Position numbers and translations under genes: made by a program. A DNA stretch of 64,000 nt from an uncultured Spirochaetota bacterium (GTDB lineage: Bacteria; Spirochaetota; Brevinematia; Brevinematales; JAOACQ01): the NCBI GenBank assembly GCA_963783575.1, contig CAWAOD010000014.1:448001-512000 (forward strand). Reading direction: 5' to 3'. Each line of letters starts with the position of its first letter. Position 1 is the first letter of the stretch. Under the pieces are notes generated by a model, which did not search any database, was not told where the DNA came from, and was given only the letters and a program-made list of their open reading frames with translations. Positions 22,692 through 32,753 of this stretch are shown here, one piece after another.

Positions 22692-23009
22692 AAAAAATCC
22701 TCAGAATGATTACAAGCTATATTATTATTAGTTAAATCTCATATAAAACCACTGTATATATTAAAATAATAATATTAATAATCAATTTTGTCAATAGACA
22801 ATGCAAACAAATGAGGTACCGTTACAAAATCCATAATAAACTACTGTAAAGTAAACAGCTGAATTTTGTGAATGGTCTGTTATATCAATATCAGCAAGAA
22901 TGTATGGATTTGATCGGATCAAGCATCATACTTATTAAAATTTATTATTGACAGTATATTTAAGTTTTATTATAATTGTGCAACAAAAGTCAAATAAAGG
23001 ATATAATAT

Positions 23010-23876
23010 ATGAAATTTTTTATCGTTGATGTCTTCGGTGAAACCAGGTATTCCGGTAACCAGCTTGCCGTTTTTATGGCAAAACCCGGGTTGACATCTG
23101 AAGAAATGCAGAAAATCGCAAGTGAAATTCATTTTTCAGAAACAACATTCATCCTTAAAAATTTTCCGGTTAATGAGGGATATGATGTAAGAATATTTAC
23201 TCCTGAACATGAAGTTGATTTTGCAGGTCATCCTACTCTGGGTACTGCATATATTATTAAAAAATTTGTTATTGGAAAACCGGTTGATAAAGTATCTCTT
23301 AATTTAAAAGTTGGTAGGATACCTGTATTTTTTTCAAAGGATAAAATATTGCGGATGAAGCAAAATGAACCGGTTTTCGGAAAGATATTCGGTGCAAAAG
23401 AAATAATGGGCATTCTCAGCCTTCCAATTGAAGCCTCTGATGAAGGCTTTCCAATACAGGAAATATCAACCGGCCTGCCTCACATCATAGTACCATTAAA
23501 AAATATCGAATATTTAAAAAAAACAAAAATTCAAAAAGATATTTTGTTTTCTTTTATTGAAAAAACTCAGGCTAAAGTTATTCTTATATTTTGTCCTCAA
23601 GGCAGGACTCAGGATCACGATATTAGCGTCCGTATGTTCGCGGATTATTACGGAATAACAGAAGATCCGGCAACCGGAAGCGGTAATGGTTGTCTTGCCG
23701 GATATCTGGTAAAATACAGTTATTTCAGCACAAAAAAAATTGACATTAAAGCCGGCCAGGGATACGAAATTAATAGGCCTTCACTGCTTTTTCTTCAGGC
23801 GAAGGAAGAAAACGGACATATTGAAGTCTCTGTCGGCGGAAAAGTTATATATATTGCTAAGGGTGAATGGGAATAA
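23010..23876 (+). CDS. PhzF family isomerase
   Basis: VDVF...GNQLAV, SETTF, EVDFAGHPT, EDPATGS. Confidence 0.92.
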   Translation: MKFFIVDVFGETRYSGNQLAVFMAKPGLTSEEMQKIASEIHFSETTFILKNFPVNEGYDVRIFTPEHEVDFAGHPTLGTAYIIKKFVIGKPVDKVSLNLKVGRIPVFFSKDKILRMKQNEPVFGKIFGAKEIMGILSLPIEASDEGFPIQEISTGLPHIIVPLKNIEYLKKTKIQKDILFSFIEKTQAKVILIFCPQGRTQDHDISVRMFADYYGITEDPATGSGNGCLAGYLVKYSYFSTKKIDIKAGQGYEINRPSLLFLQAKEENGHIEVSVGGKVIYIAKGEWE

Positions 23877-23883
23877 TCCGGAA

Positions 23884-25134
23884 TCAATACCCGATTATAT
23901 CCACACATAGCATATAAGAGTCGCCCGAATAATCGTCAATTCTCTGCGCCACAGTCACGCACAAGTTCCCCGATGCAAGCGAAGTATAAGGTTCGGTTAT
24001 ATAACTAAAATTATTGTTTTTATTCTGCAGGTAATAGTCTTTAATGGAATGATCATCTCCTTTTTGTGCAGGATGAAAGAGCGAGTTTCTGTTTTGGAAT
24101 ATCCTCAGAGGATTCATAATCGTACTGCTTGCCTGTACGCCTGTTTTATCCAGAATATATAAACATTCTATAACCGGATTGATTTCTACAAGTTTCAGAA
24201 GTATTTTATCGAAATTGTCAGGCGTGCATTTCCGTATTTCATCAATTATCGGTTCGATTATGCTTTCATAGCTTTTACGCTTATTGCCTACCGCGCTGTT
24301 TTTCCCGATAATAAATGATTTATAACGGTCGGCAATCAGCCTGATTTTATTTTCAATATATCCGAAGTTCAAAGTCCCAACAGGTTCCGCTTTTGAAAAA
24401 TAAAATCCCTGCATAATATCAGTCCCAAGTTCAAGGGATTTTATAATCTCATCTTCTTTTTCCAATCCTTCCGCCAGGGAAAGCCCCCCGGTCTTTTTGA
24501 TCAGGTTTATCATAGACTTAACTATTTCCTGTTTATAATATTCCTTATCGATATTTGTTATTAGAGATCTGTCAATCTTTAAAATATTTGGTTTTATTAC
24601 GGCTATTCTTTCCATATTTGAATGACCTATTCCAAAATCGTCAAGCGCAAAAAGAAAGCCGTATTTTTTGTATGTGCTTATAAATTGTTCAACAGCAAAG
24701 AAATTTTGAATTGAATGTTCTGTAATTTCAATGATGATATTTTTTGGGCTGATGCCAGTCTGTTCGACCGATTTTAACAGATGCCCCGATCCCACTACTC
24801 CCCGGTTTATTATTGAAATATCAAAGTTTAAAAATAAAACCATATCATTATTTCCTGCATACAGTTTAGCAAATCCTTCAAGTGCTTTTTTCCGGCATAG
24901 CCTGTCAAGCTCGAGAGATAGATTTTTATTTTTAGCCAGTTCAAATAATTCAACTGGAGAAACCTGTCTGCTTGAAATGTTCTGTTTATACCTGCATAAT
25001 CCCTCAACGCCCACAATCGATCTTTTTTTGACGGAAAGTATTGGCTGAAAAAATATTTCAATATCCTCATTTTTTAATAACTCTTCAATATCCAATTCTG
25101 ATTTTAGATTATCGTTATTAATAGTAAAATCCAT
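23884..25134 (-). CDS. EAL-domain protein with C-terminal sensory (YkuI-like) domain
   Basis: FQPI...EGLCR, EITE, ALDDFG.G, KIDRS, AEG.E, QGFYFSK; EPYTSLASGN.C.T C-terminus. Confidence 0.88.
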   Translation of the reverse strand: MDFTINNDNLKSELDIEELLKNEDIEIFFQPILSVKKRSIVGVEGLCRYKQNISSRQVSPVELFELAKNKNLSLELDRLCRKKALEGFAKLYAGNNDMVLFLNFDISIINRGVVGSGHLLKSVEQTGISPKNIIIEITEHSIQNFFAVEQFISTYKKYGFLFALDDFGIGHSNMERIAVIKPNILKIDRSLITNIDKEYYKQEIVKSMINLIKKTGGLSLAEGLEKEDEIIKSLELGTDIMQGFYFSKAEPVGTLNFGYIENKIRLIADRYKSFIIGKNSAVGNKRKSYESIIEPIIDEIRKCTPDNFDKILLKLVEINPVIECLYILDKTGVQASSTIMNPLRIFQNRNSLFHPAQKGDDHSIKDYYLQNKNNNFSYITEPYTSLASGNLCVTVAQRIDDYSGDSYMLCVDIIGY

Positions 25135-25171
25135 AGAAACCTCAATAAAATACAATATGATTAAATGTTAA

Positions 25172-25186
25172 GCAATTTCAATGCCA
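25172..25186 (-). promoter_or_regulatory. Putative sigma54 (-24/-12) promoter of the EAL gene
   Basis: Minus strand TGGCAT-TGAAA-TTGC versus consensus TGGCAC-N5-TTGC. Confidence 0.6.
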
Positions 25187-25424
25187 CAATTAGTATTTAA
25201 AAAAGTATTAAGGTTATTTATTGTAATAGAAATATTTTATAAATTTAACAATAATTTTATGGAATCTTTGACTGATTGATGATATGATTATTATTTATGC
25301 ATAATTCCATAGAATGTGATCAATAATTGGTCAAATATTCTAATGTTGCGACGGGATTAATTCTGTGAATCCGATGCTCCATAACTCTTGTTAATAAAAT
25401 TATTTCTATTTATAATATTTTATC

Positions 25425-26507
25425 ATGAAAATTCGAAAAATTATCCACATCGATATGGATGCTTATTATGCTTCCGTTGAACAGAGAGAAAACCCCGGAC
25501 TGTTGGGAAAACCTGTTATTGTCGGCGGAAAGCCTGAAGAAAGGGGTGTCGTATCAACCTGCTCTTACGAAGCAAGAAAATTTGGTATACATTCGGCGAT
25601 GTCAACGGTAAAAGCCCTCCGGTTGTGCCCCACTGCAATATTAGTATCTCCTCATTTCGATCTTTATGTAAAAATCTCATCGGATATTAATAAAATCTTC
25701 CATGAATATACCGATCTTGTTGAACCAATGTCATTGGATGAGGCTTACCTGGATGTAACAGAAAACAAAAAAGGAATGCCTTATGCGGTTAAAATCGCAC
25801 GTGAAATTAAAAAGGAAATTTTTCATAAAACCCGCCTCACTGCTTCGGCAGGAGTTTCCTATAATAAATTTCTTGCAAAGGTCGCTTCCGGTTATAAAAA
25901 ACCGGATGGTTTAACGATTGTACTGCCCGAAGACGCCCAGGAATTTATTGACAAACTTCCTATCGGGAACTTTTACGGCGTCGGCAAAGTTACGGAAAAA
26001 GTCATGCTCTCCCTTGGGATTAGAACAGGGCTGGATTTGAGGCTCAAATCCATTGAAGAATTGACCTACCATTTTGGAAAAAGCGGAATATGGTTTTATA
26101 ATCTTTCAAGGGGCATTGACGAATCGCCCATAGAAGCTTACAGGGAAAGACAATCCATCGGAAGGGAAATAACATTAATGCAGGATATCACCGATATGAA
26201 TATGATCAAAGAAATTCTGGAGGAAATTGCGTTTGAAGTGGAAACAATGCTCAAAGAAAATAATGAAAAAGGAAAAACTTTAACGCTTAAAATAAAATAT
26301 TCTGATTTTAAATCAATTACAAGAAGTGTAACTATTGACAATCCTACAGATTCCGCGACTAAAATTTTCATTGAAATTGAAAAACTTCTTCTAAAAACCG
26401 AAGCCGGGTTTAAAAAAATAAGGCTCCTTGGCATTTCAGTTTCAAATTTTCATCCTGAAATGAAGAAGCCGAGAATTTCGATTCAATTGAATCTTCCGTT
26501 TCAATGA
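25425..26507 (+). CDS. dinB: DNA polymerase IV
   Basis: IIHIDMDAYYASVE, SYEARKFG, SLDEAYLD, NKFLAK..S..KPDG. Confidence 0.96.
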   Translation: MKIRKIIHIDMDAYYASVEQRENPGLLGKPVIVGGKPEERGVVSTCSYEARKFGIHSAMSTVKALRLCPTAILVSPHFDLYVKISSDINKIFHEYTDLVEPMSLDEAYLDVTENKKGMPYAVKIAREIKKEIFHKTRLTASAGVSYNKFLAKVASGYKKPDGLTIVLPEDAQEFIDKLPIGNFYGVGKVTEKVMLSLGIRTGLDLRLKSIEELTYHFGKSGIWFYNLSRGIDESPIEAYRERQSIGREITLMQDITDMNMIKEILEEIAFEVETMLKENNEKGKTLTLKIKYSDFKSITRSVTIDNPTDSATKIFIEIEKLLLKTEAGFKKIRLLGISVSNFHPEMKKPRISIQLNLPFQ

Positions 26508-26620
26508 AAACTTGCTGCCGCGAGAGCTGCAATGTGTGCGGGGCTATTTGTTGCAGGAAATTGACTTTAGATATAGTAAAGCTTTATAATATCAATTAAA
26601 TTTATAGAAAGGCGGTTTAT

Positions 26621-27841
26621 ATGAAAAATTGTTTTTTTTCAATTTTAATATTGTCTGTAATCGCATTAAGTACGGCTTCTTTTGCGGATTCATTAAACAC
26701 TGTCAATTATAAAAACCTTTTTACGGAATTGCTCGGCAAAAGCGAAAATCAAGTCCGGGAAAAATTAGATTCCGCATGGCAACAGCTTTTCTATGGAAAT
26801 TCGGATCAAAGAATCTATTACCCGGTTAATAGCGATATGGCTTATATAAAAGATATTGGAAATAACGATATAAGATCGGAAGGAATGTCTTATGGGATGA
26901 TGATATCTGTCCAGATGAATAAAAAAGATGAATTCGACAGATTGTGGAAATGGGCCAAAACTTATATGTATCAAAATGGCGGCGTTTATAAAGGATATTT
27001 TGCATGGCATTGCACACCGGAAGGGAATAAGATTGAGCCAAACCCGGCGTCGGATGGCGAGGAATGGATCGTAATGTCTTTGTTTTTTGCGGCCGGCAGA
27101 TGGGGGAATGGCGAGGGGATATTCAATTATAAAAAGGAAGCCCAGGCAATACTCGATACGATGCTTCATAAAGCCGATTCCGGGAAAAATGGTGCAACTG
27201 ATATGTTTGATCCCGAACATAAAATGGTAGTCTTCGTTCCAACAGAGGGTCAGCAATCACAGATCACGGATCCGTCGTATCATCTTCCTCATTTCTATGA
27301 GTTGTGGGCTCTATGGGCAGACAAAGATAATGGATTTTGGAAAGACGCAGTACTAGCCAGCAGGGAGTTTTTTAAAAAAGCGGCTGATCCGAAAACAGGA
27401 CTGATGCCTGATTTTGCAGAATTCACCGGAACTCCGGTTGATATGTGGAACGGCGGGCACAATAATTTCAGGTATGATGCATGGCGCATCGGAATGAACG
27501 TCGCAATAGATTATGTCTGGTTTGGCGCCGATAAATGGGAAGCTCTGCAAAGCGACAGGTTATTAAATTTCTTTTACAAGCAGGGGGTTTATGCTTATGT
27601 AGACCAGTATAAAATTACAGGCGAAAAACTCGGAAACGATGGTTCTCTCGGGCTTTCCGCAATGAATGCCGTTGCCTGCATGGCCGCATCGATAAAAGAA
27701 AGAACGGAATTTGTGCAAGTGCTATGGGAATCGGAACTCCCGACAGGCAGATGGAGATATTACAATTCAATGCTCTACATGCTAGCTTTGTTAAATGTCA
27801 GCGGTAATTTCAGGATTTATTCGCCGGATCAAAGTAAATAA
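26621..27841 (+). CDS. GH8 xylanase / Rex-like oligoxylanase with signal peptide
   Basis: DIRSEGMSYGM, PASDGEEW, TDPSYHLPHFYELW, YDAWR. Confidence 0.88.
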   Translation: MKNCFFSILILSVIALSTASFADSLNTVNYKNLFTELLGKSENQVREKLDSAWQQLFYGNSDQRIYYPVNSDMAYIKDIGNNDIRSEGMSYGMMISVQMNKKDEFDRLWKWAKTYMYQNGGVYKGYFAWHCTPEGNKIEPNPASDGEEWIVMSLFFAAGRWGNGEGIFNYKKEAQAILDTMLHKADSGKNGATDMFDPEHKMVVFVPTEGQQSQITDPSYHLPHFYELWALWADKDNGFWKDAVLASREFFKKAADPKTGLMPDFAEFTGTPVDMWNGGHNNFRYDAWRIGMNVAIDYVWFGADKWEALQSDRLLNFFYKQGVYAYVDQYKITGEKLGNDGSLGLSAMNAVACMAASIKERTEFVQVLWESELPTGRWRYYNSMLYMLALLNVSGNFRIYSPDQSK

Positions 27842-27895
27842 TTAATTTCTAACCGGAGAAGGGGAATTAAATTTTTATTCCTCAAGGAGAAATAT

Positions 27896-28927
27896 ATGAA
27901 AAGAACACAATTAATTTTTTTTTCAGGAACCGCCATGATTTTATTTTTTATCTTTGGATCAGGCTTGTTTAATCTTAGTGCCGGAGAAAATGCTGGACTG
28001 TCCGCCGATTTGGCTCCAGTTTTTGTCGATTACGGCAAACCTTTATTCACGAATCGTAATTCATCAGATCCTACGATCCGGGTCTTTAAATGGAATAATC
28101 CGTCCGGAGAGCTTTATCTCTATACATCTTGCGATTTATCTGGTCCCGGGATTTATCCGATGAGCAACACCTATTGCTATGAATCAACGGATGAAGTTAA
28201 CTGGATCGATCATGGAGTAATATTGACCGAGAATGATTACCCATGGGCTAAGAAAAACGCCAGTCATTTATGGGCGCCCGATTGCTATCAGGGTGATGAC
28301 GGGAAATTTTACCTGTATGTGCCTGCCTTGGATACAAACGACGATTCCAGGATCGGTATATCGATAGGGGATAGTCCATATGGACCGTTCACACCTCAAA
28401 GCAATTATTTCCAGGGCATAAAAGGTTACGCAAGCGATCCTGGAATATGCCGGGACGGAAAAACAGGAGTAAAATATATGGCATATTGCACGGGCGGGTA
28501 TTCGAAAGGAAGGCTGGCAATTGTTAAGATGAATAACGATATGCTGCAAGCGGACGGAACTCCAAAGATGATATCGATAATTGATGCCCCGAATGAGTAT
28601 ATGGAAGGCCCATCGATTGAGCAGGTTTATAAAGGCAGGTATTATTTATTTTTCGCGATATATGATAATGGTGGCGAGGCCGAGGCTTACGCCACTGCAA
28701 AAAACATTATGGGGCCTTATAAATACAAAGGCCATGTTATGGAAAGGAATATCGGAGAATGGACCATTCAGGCATCTGTAGTCTGGTGGAAAGATCACTG
28801 GTCATTCTATTATCATGATATTCCGAATCCGAATATGAAGAGAATGGTTTGCGCAGAATACATGACCATAAAATCCGACGGAGCTATAAAGCCTATTTCA
28901 AGAACCATAACAGGGTTAACAAACTAG
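27896..28927 (+). CDS. GH43 family xylosidase/arabinofuranosidase, exported
   Basis: SDP, LYLYTSCD, LWAPD, DPG, EGP motifs; hydrophobic N-terminus. Confidence 0.85.
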   Translation: MKRTQLIFFSGTAMILFFIFGSGLFNLSAGENAGLSADLAPVFVDYGKPLFTNRNSSDPTIRVFKWNNPSGELYLYTSCDLSGPGIYPMSNTYCYESTDEVNWIDHGVILTENDYPWAKKNASHLWAPDCYQGDDGKFYLYVPALDTNDDSRIGISIGDSPYGPFTPQSNYFQGIKGYASDPGICRDGKTGVKYMAYCTGGYSKGRLAIVKMNNDMLQADGTPKMISIIDAPNEYMEGPSIEQVYKGRYYLFFAIYDNGGEAEAYATAKNIMGPYKYKGHVMERNIGEWTIQASVVWWKDHWSFYYHDIPNPNMKRMVCAEYMTIKSDGAIKPISRTITGLTN

Positions 28928-28952
28928 TGTTTTTGTCTTTCTTGTCACGGTT

Positions 28953-29486
28953 TTATACAATATTTATTAAAGTATTGCAGCGTTCGCCGCCTAGTAAATA
29001 TGACTCCGTGATTTTTACTTTTACTTTTTGCCCCAATAGTTTACCGAACAATTCCTCTTGAAAGCTTTTGCAGCAGTAATTGCAGAGAGATTTGGGCGGC
29101 TTCGGAATATCTGCAAAAGCACAAGCGCAACCTTCTACTTTTTTCCCTATAAGTGCTAGAATAGTTCGTTTTTTATCAAATTCCAATTTTTCCCAATATT
29201 TTGATTTTTTTTCAACATTTACCATATCCAGAAAAGCCTGAACATTTCCAACATAATTTCCAATCCATTCATCAAGTTTTCTGGAATAAAAGCATTCAAA
29301 TCCCAACTGCCCGAAAATCTTTTCTTTTACCGGTTCACTCTGAGAGGTATCAATAAACTTTATAATTTTCTTAACCTGGTCATGGTTCATTTCTTGCGGA
29401 ATATTTTTTTTATTCCCATCCGGTAGAACAGTCAACAACGATAATATACTATTACCACAACCTGAGAAGAATTTTTTTCGTTCCAT
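28953..29486 (-). CDS. Cys-containing hypothetical protein (DUF6144/V4R-like)
   Basis: CAC, C.YCC, ES.L.GGERC pattern. Confidence 0.6.
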   Translation of the reverse strand: MERKKFFSGCGNSILSLLTVLPDGNKKNIPQEMNHDQVKKIIKFIDTSQSEPVKEKIFGQLGFECFYSRKLDEWIGNYVGNVQAFLDMVNVEKKSKYWEKLEFDKKRTILALIGKKVEGCACAFADIPKPPKSLCNYCCKSFQEELFGKLLGQKVKVKITESYLLGGERCNTLINIV

Positions 29487-29675
29487 TTTGCCTCCATTAT
29501 AATAGTAAGAATTATAATAACCTTAATAAAAAAATACAAAAAAAAAACCGAAAAAGATTCGGCAAGCTCATAATAGATTTACAGAATTTGAGTGATATGT
29601 CTAATAAACAACCCGCAACAAGCTGCGAGGTATTACCGTAAGAACTTTAAAGGAATCCCCTCGACCATTCGTCAA

Positions 29676-31294
29676 CATACTGTGTGAAAACACAGTAAAT
29701 ATGCTATAATTATTAGAACAAAAATAATCGGAGTAAAAGATGAAGCATATTGAGGGAGAATCAAGGGATCAGATAGTTCTGTTCAATGAAACACTGGAAG
29801 ATCTGTTAGGAGAAGAAGATCCGGTAAGGTTTATAGATATTTTTGTTGATAAGCTAAATATGAAAGGAGTTGGTTTTAAAGTAAAAGAAGCATCAACCGG
29901 CAGAAGTTCATATAAATCCGAAATACTTTTAAAAATCTATATTTACGGATATTTGAATAAAATCAGGACAAGCAGGAAATTAGAGAGAGAGTGCCGAAGA
30001 AACACAGAGTTGATGTGGCTGACTGGACGACTAGCGCCGGATTTCAAGACGATTGCCGACTTCAGGAAAGATAATAAGAAGGGAATACAGTCGATATTCA
30101 GAGAATTTTTGAAGATATGTCATAAAGCCGGGCTTTTATCATTTGACGTTGTTGGAATTGATGGAACCAAGATCAGTGCGCAAAACCACAATAACAATGT
30201 TTATCATAGGAAAAACATAGAAGAAATCATACATAGAATAGATCAAAAGATCGAAGAATATTTGAATGAGATGGATAAGAACGATAAGGAAGAAAAGAAT
30301 GAATTTGAATTTCTTTCCGGAAAGATAGCGGAACGTTTAAAGAAAATGAAAACAAAAAAGGATAAAGTTGAGGCTATTAAAAAGATTTTTGAGGGAAATC
30401 CTGAAATGGAGAAATATTATTCAAATGACCCGGAAAGCCGGTTTATGAATGATAAAGGGAAATCCGACATTGCATATAATCTGCAGATGGCAGGAATGTG
30501 TGACCGAGTAGAAGAAATAAAGGACGAGCTTAAGGTAGAGACTGAAACGGTCAAAGTATCGGATGCCGGTTATTACAGCGAACCGCAGATACTGGAATGT
30601 ATAGATAAGGGACATAACGTATATATGCCGAATCCGGATGACGGACATAAGGCAAGGATTCGAGGCAAAGAAGATAATAAAGGAGTACCTGCTGAAGAAT
30701 ACCAGGTTGATAAATTCAAATATGATCCGGGACAAAATGTTTATTATTGTCCGGAGGGAAACCCATTAGTGAGAAATGGGAAAAAAGTAGAGAAGGTCAA
30801 TGGAGGAAAAGAGATAGTCAGGTACAAGTGCGGCTTATGCAGCCAATGTGAAGTAAGAAATAAGTGTACTGAAAGCGTGGAAGGACGAAGTATCAAAGTA
30901 CCAGTTAGAAAAGAAGAAATTGAGAACTTCAAGAGGAAAATTCGTTCTGAAGCCGGGAAAAAGATCATAGAGAAAAGGAAAGAGATATGTGAACATCCAT
31001 TTGGATCGATAAAAAGGAATATGGGTTACAGTTATTTTTTAATGAAGGGAAAGGATGGCGTTCTGACGGAATCCAGTTTGGCAGGATTCATTCATAATTT
31101 AATAAAAGTATTGAATATATTGGGAATAAAGAGACTTATGACTCTGGTTTGATGCTAATAAACCATCGTTTATCGTATTCGGATAGATTTTTTAAACTAA
31201 GATTTTTTTAGCTTGAAAAATATATCAAAAAATGGAGTCTTTGTATAATTAATCGATTTTACTATAAAATTTTACTGAGTTTTCACACAGTCTG
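29676..31294 (+). mobile_element. IS1182-family insertion sequence
   Basis: Terminal IRs CATACTGTGTGAAAACACAGTAAA / reverse complement CAGACTGTGTGAAAACTCAGTAAA around the transposase; ends +/-1 bp. Confidence 0.88.
29740..31152 (+). CDS. IS1182-family DDE transposase
   Basis: SRKLE..C, PDFKTIADFR, IDGTK, DAGY, EHPFGSIK. Confidence 0.92.
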   Translation: MKHIEGESRDQIVLFNETLEDLLGEEDPVRFIDIFVDKLNMKGVGFKVKEASTGRSSYKSEILLKIYIYGYLNKIRTSRKLERECRRNTELMWLTGRLAPDFKTIADFRKDNKKGIQSIFREFLKICHKAGLLSFDVVGIDGTKISAQNHNNNVYHRKNIEEIIHRIDQKIEEYLNEMDKNDKEEKNEFEFLSGKIAERLKKMKTKKDKVEAIKKIFEGNPEMEKYYSNDPESRFMNDKGKSDIAYNLQMAGMCDRVEEIKDELKVETETVKVSDAGYYSEPQILECIDKGHNVYMPNPDDGHKARIRGKEDNKGVPAEEYQVDKFKYDPGQNVYYCPEGNPLVRNGKKVEKVNGGKEIVRYKCGLCSQCEVRNKCTESVEGRSIKVPVRKEEIENFKRKIRSEAGKKIIEKRKEICEHPFGSIKRNMGYSYFLMKGKDGVLTESSLAGFIHNLIKVLNILGIKRLMTLV

Positions 31295-31388
31295 TAAACT
31301 CAGGGTAGGCTTTGCTCGGGATAAACTCCGCAAAGCTATACGCAACTTTGTTGGGTAAGAAATCTAAACCGGGTCAAGAAGCATGCCA

Positions 31389-32651
31389 TTAGCTGAGCCT
31401 GTGGTGAGCTTGACGAACCAAAGGGTCACGCTTATTAAAAAAGAAAAGTATTGAAAGCATCAATAAAACACCTATGCCGATTGTTATAAAACATATCCTT
31501 ATGCTAAAAACCTGGCTTAATCCGCCTGCTATAAGATTTCCAATAGGTGTAGTCCCGGCATTCACAAGCTGATAAACGCTGATTACCCGGCTTCTATATT
31601 CATCTCTTGATGTTAGCTGTAAAAAGGAATTAGCTGAAGTTAAAAAAGATACAGTAATAAACCCGGAAAGGGCAAGTAAGAAAGAAGATAATAGCAGATC
31701 ACTATTCAGGCCGATTATTATAAAAATTACCGAAACCACGAACCCTGCCCCGGTCAGTACAAAATCTTTAGGCCCAAGTTTACTTTTAGCGGCTATAACC
31801 AGTGCACCGGTAAGAGAGCCTATCCCCATACAGGACCATAAAAATCCCAATCCCTGTTCTTTCTGGTGCAGTCCAGCTTTAGCGAGGACAGGAATAAGAA
31901 CATTAAAATTCATAATAAAAGTGCCTATAATAAAAACTGTAATAACAGTTTTTAAGAGTTTGTTTTCTGAAAATATATACTTCAATCCATCGAAAATATT
32001 ACCCAGAATTCTGACTTTACCAGATACTTTTACAAAACAGAAAACCGGCCTGATAAAAAACAACCCTGCAATTAAAGGCAGAAAACTGAGGGCATTTATC
32101 AAAAAACACCATCCTATCCCCAAACCGGCCATTAATATCCCTGCAATGGCTGGGCCGATAATACGCGCCCCATTAAAAACAGCGGAATTAAGGCCAATTG
32201 CATTCATTAAATCCTCTTTTCCGACAATTTCAATTATAAAAGACTGGCGGGCAGGAAAATCAATGGCATTAACAAAACCAATTGCCAGTGATAAAACCAC
32301 CAGATGCCAGTACCGGATCAAATGAAAAATAACAAGGAAAGCCAATATAAATGCAATAATTGTCAGGGTGATTTGAGTAAAAATCACTATTTTCTTTTTT
32401 TCAAACCTGTCTATTGCAGCCCCTGTAAAAAGTGAAAAACACAAAACAGGCAAATACTGCATCGCCCCAACAACACCAAGAAGAAAAGCAGAGCCGGTGA
32501 TTGAATAAGCAAGCCAGGGAAGGCTTATAGTCTGCATCCAGCTTCCTGTCTGGGAAATTATCTGCCCTGAAAAGAATATCCTGTAATTCAAGTGGCTTAA
32601 AGAATGAAATGATTTCTTCAATCTTAAAATTATCAATTCTAAATTACTCAT
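31389..32651 (-). CDS. MFS transporter (MFS_3-like)
   Basis: 12-TM pattern, GQIISQTGSWMQ, DFPARQS, NAIGLNSAVFNGARIIGP. Confidence 0.9.
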   Translation of the reverse strand: MSNLELIILRLKKSFHSLSHLNYRIFFSGQIISQTGSWMQTISLPWLAYSITGSAFLLGVVGAMQYLPVLCFSLFTGAAIDRFEKKKIVIFTQITLTIIAFILAFLVIFHLIRYWHLVVLSLAIGFVNAIDFPARQSFIIEIVGKEDLMNAIGLNSAVFNGARIIGPAIAGILMAGLGIGWCFLINALSFLPLIAGLFFIRPVFCFVKVSGKVRILGNIFDGLKYIFSENKLLKTVITVFIIGTFIMNFNVLIPVLAKAGLHQKEQGLGFLWSCMGIGSLTGALVIAAKSKLGPKDFVLTGAGFVVSVIFIIIGLNSDLLLSSFLLALSGFITVSFLTSANSFLQLTSRDEYRSRVISVYQLVNAGTTPIGNLIAGGLSQVFSIRICFITIGIGVLLMLSILFFFNKRDPLVRQAHHRLS

Positions 32652-32753
32652 AAAACATTATCCATTTATTCTTTCCAGTTTAAATTGATAGTGTTTTAAT
32701 CCAATCTTTACTCGTTTATTGATATTGTTCATAATTAATAACCTCTTTAGATT

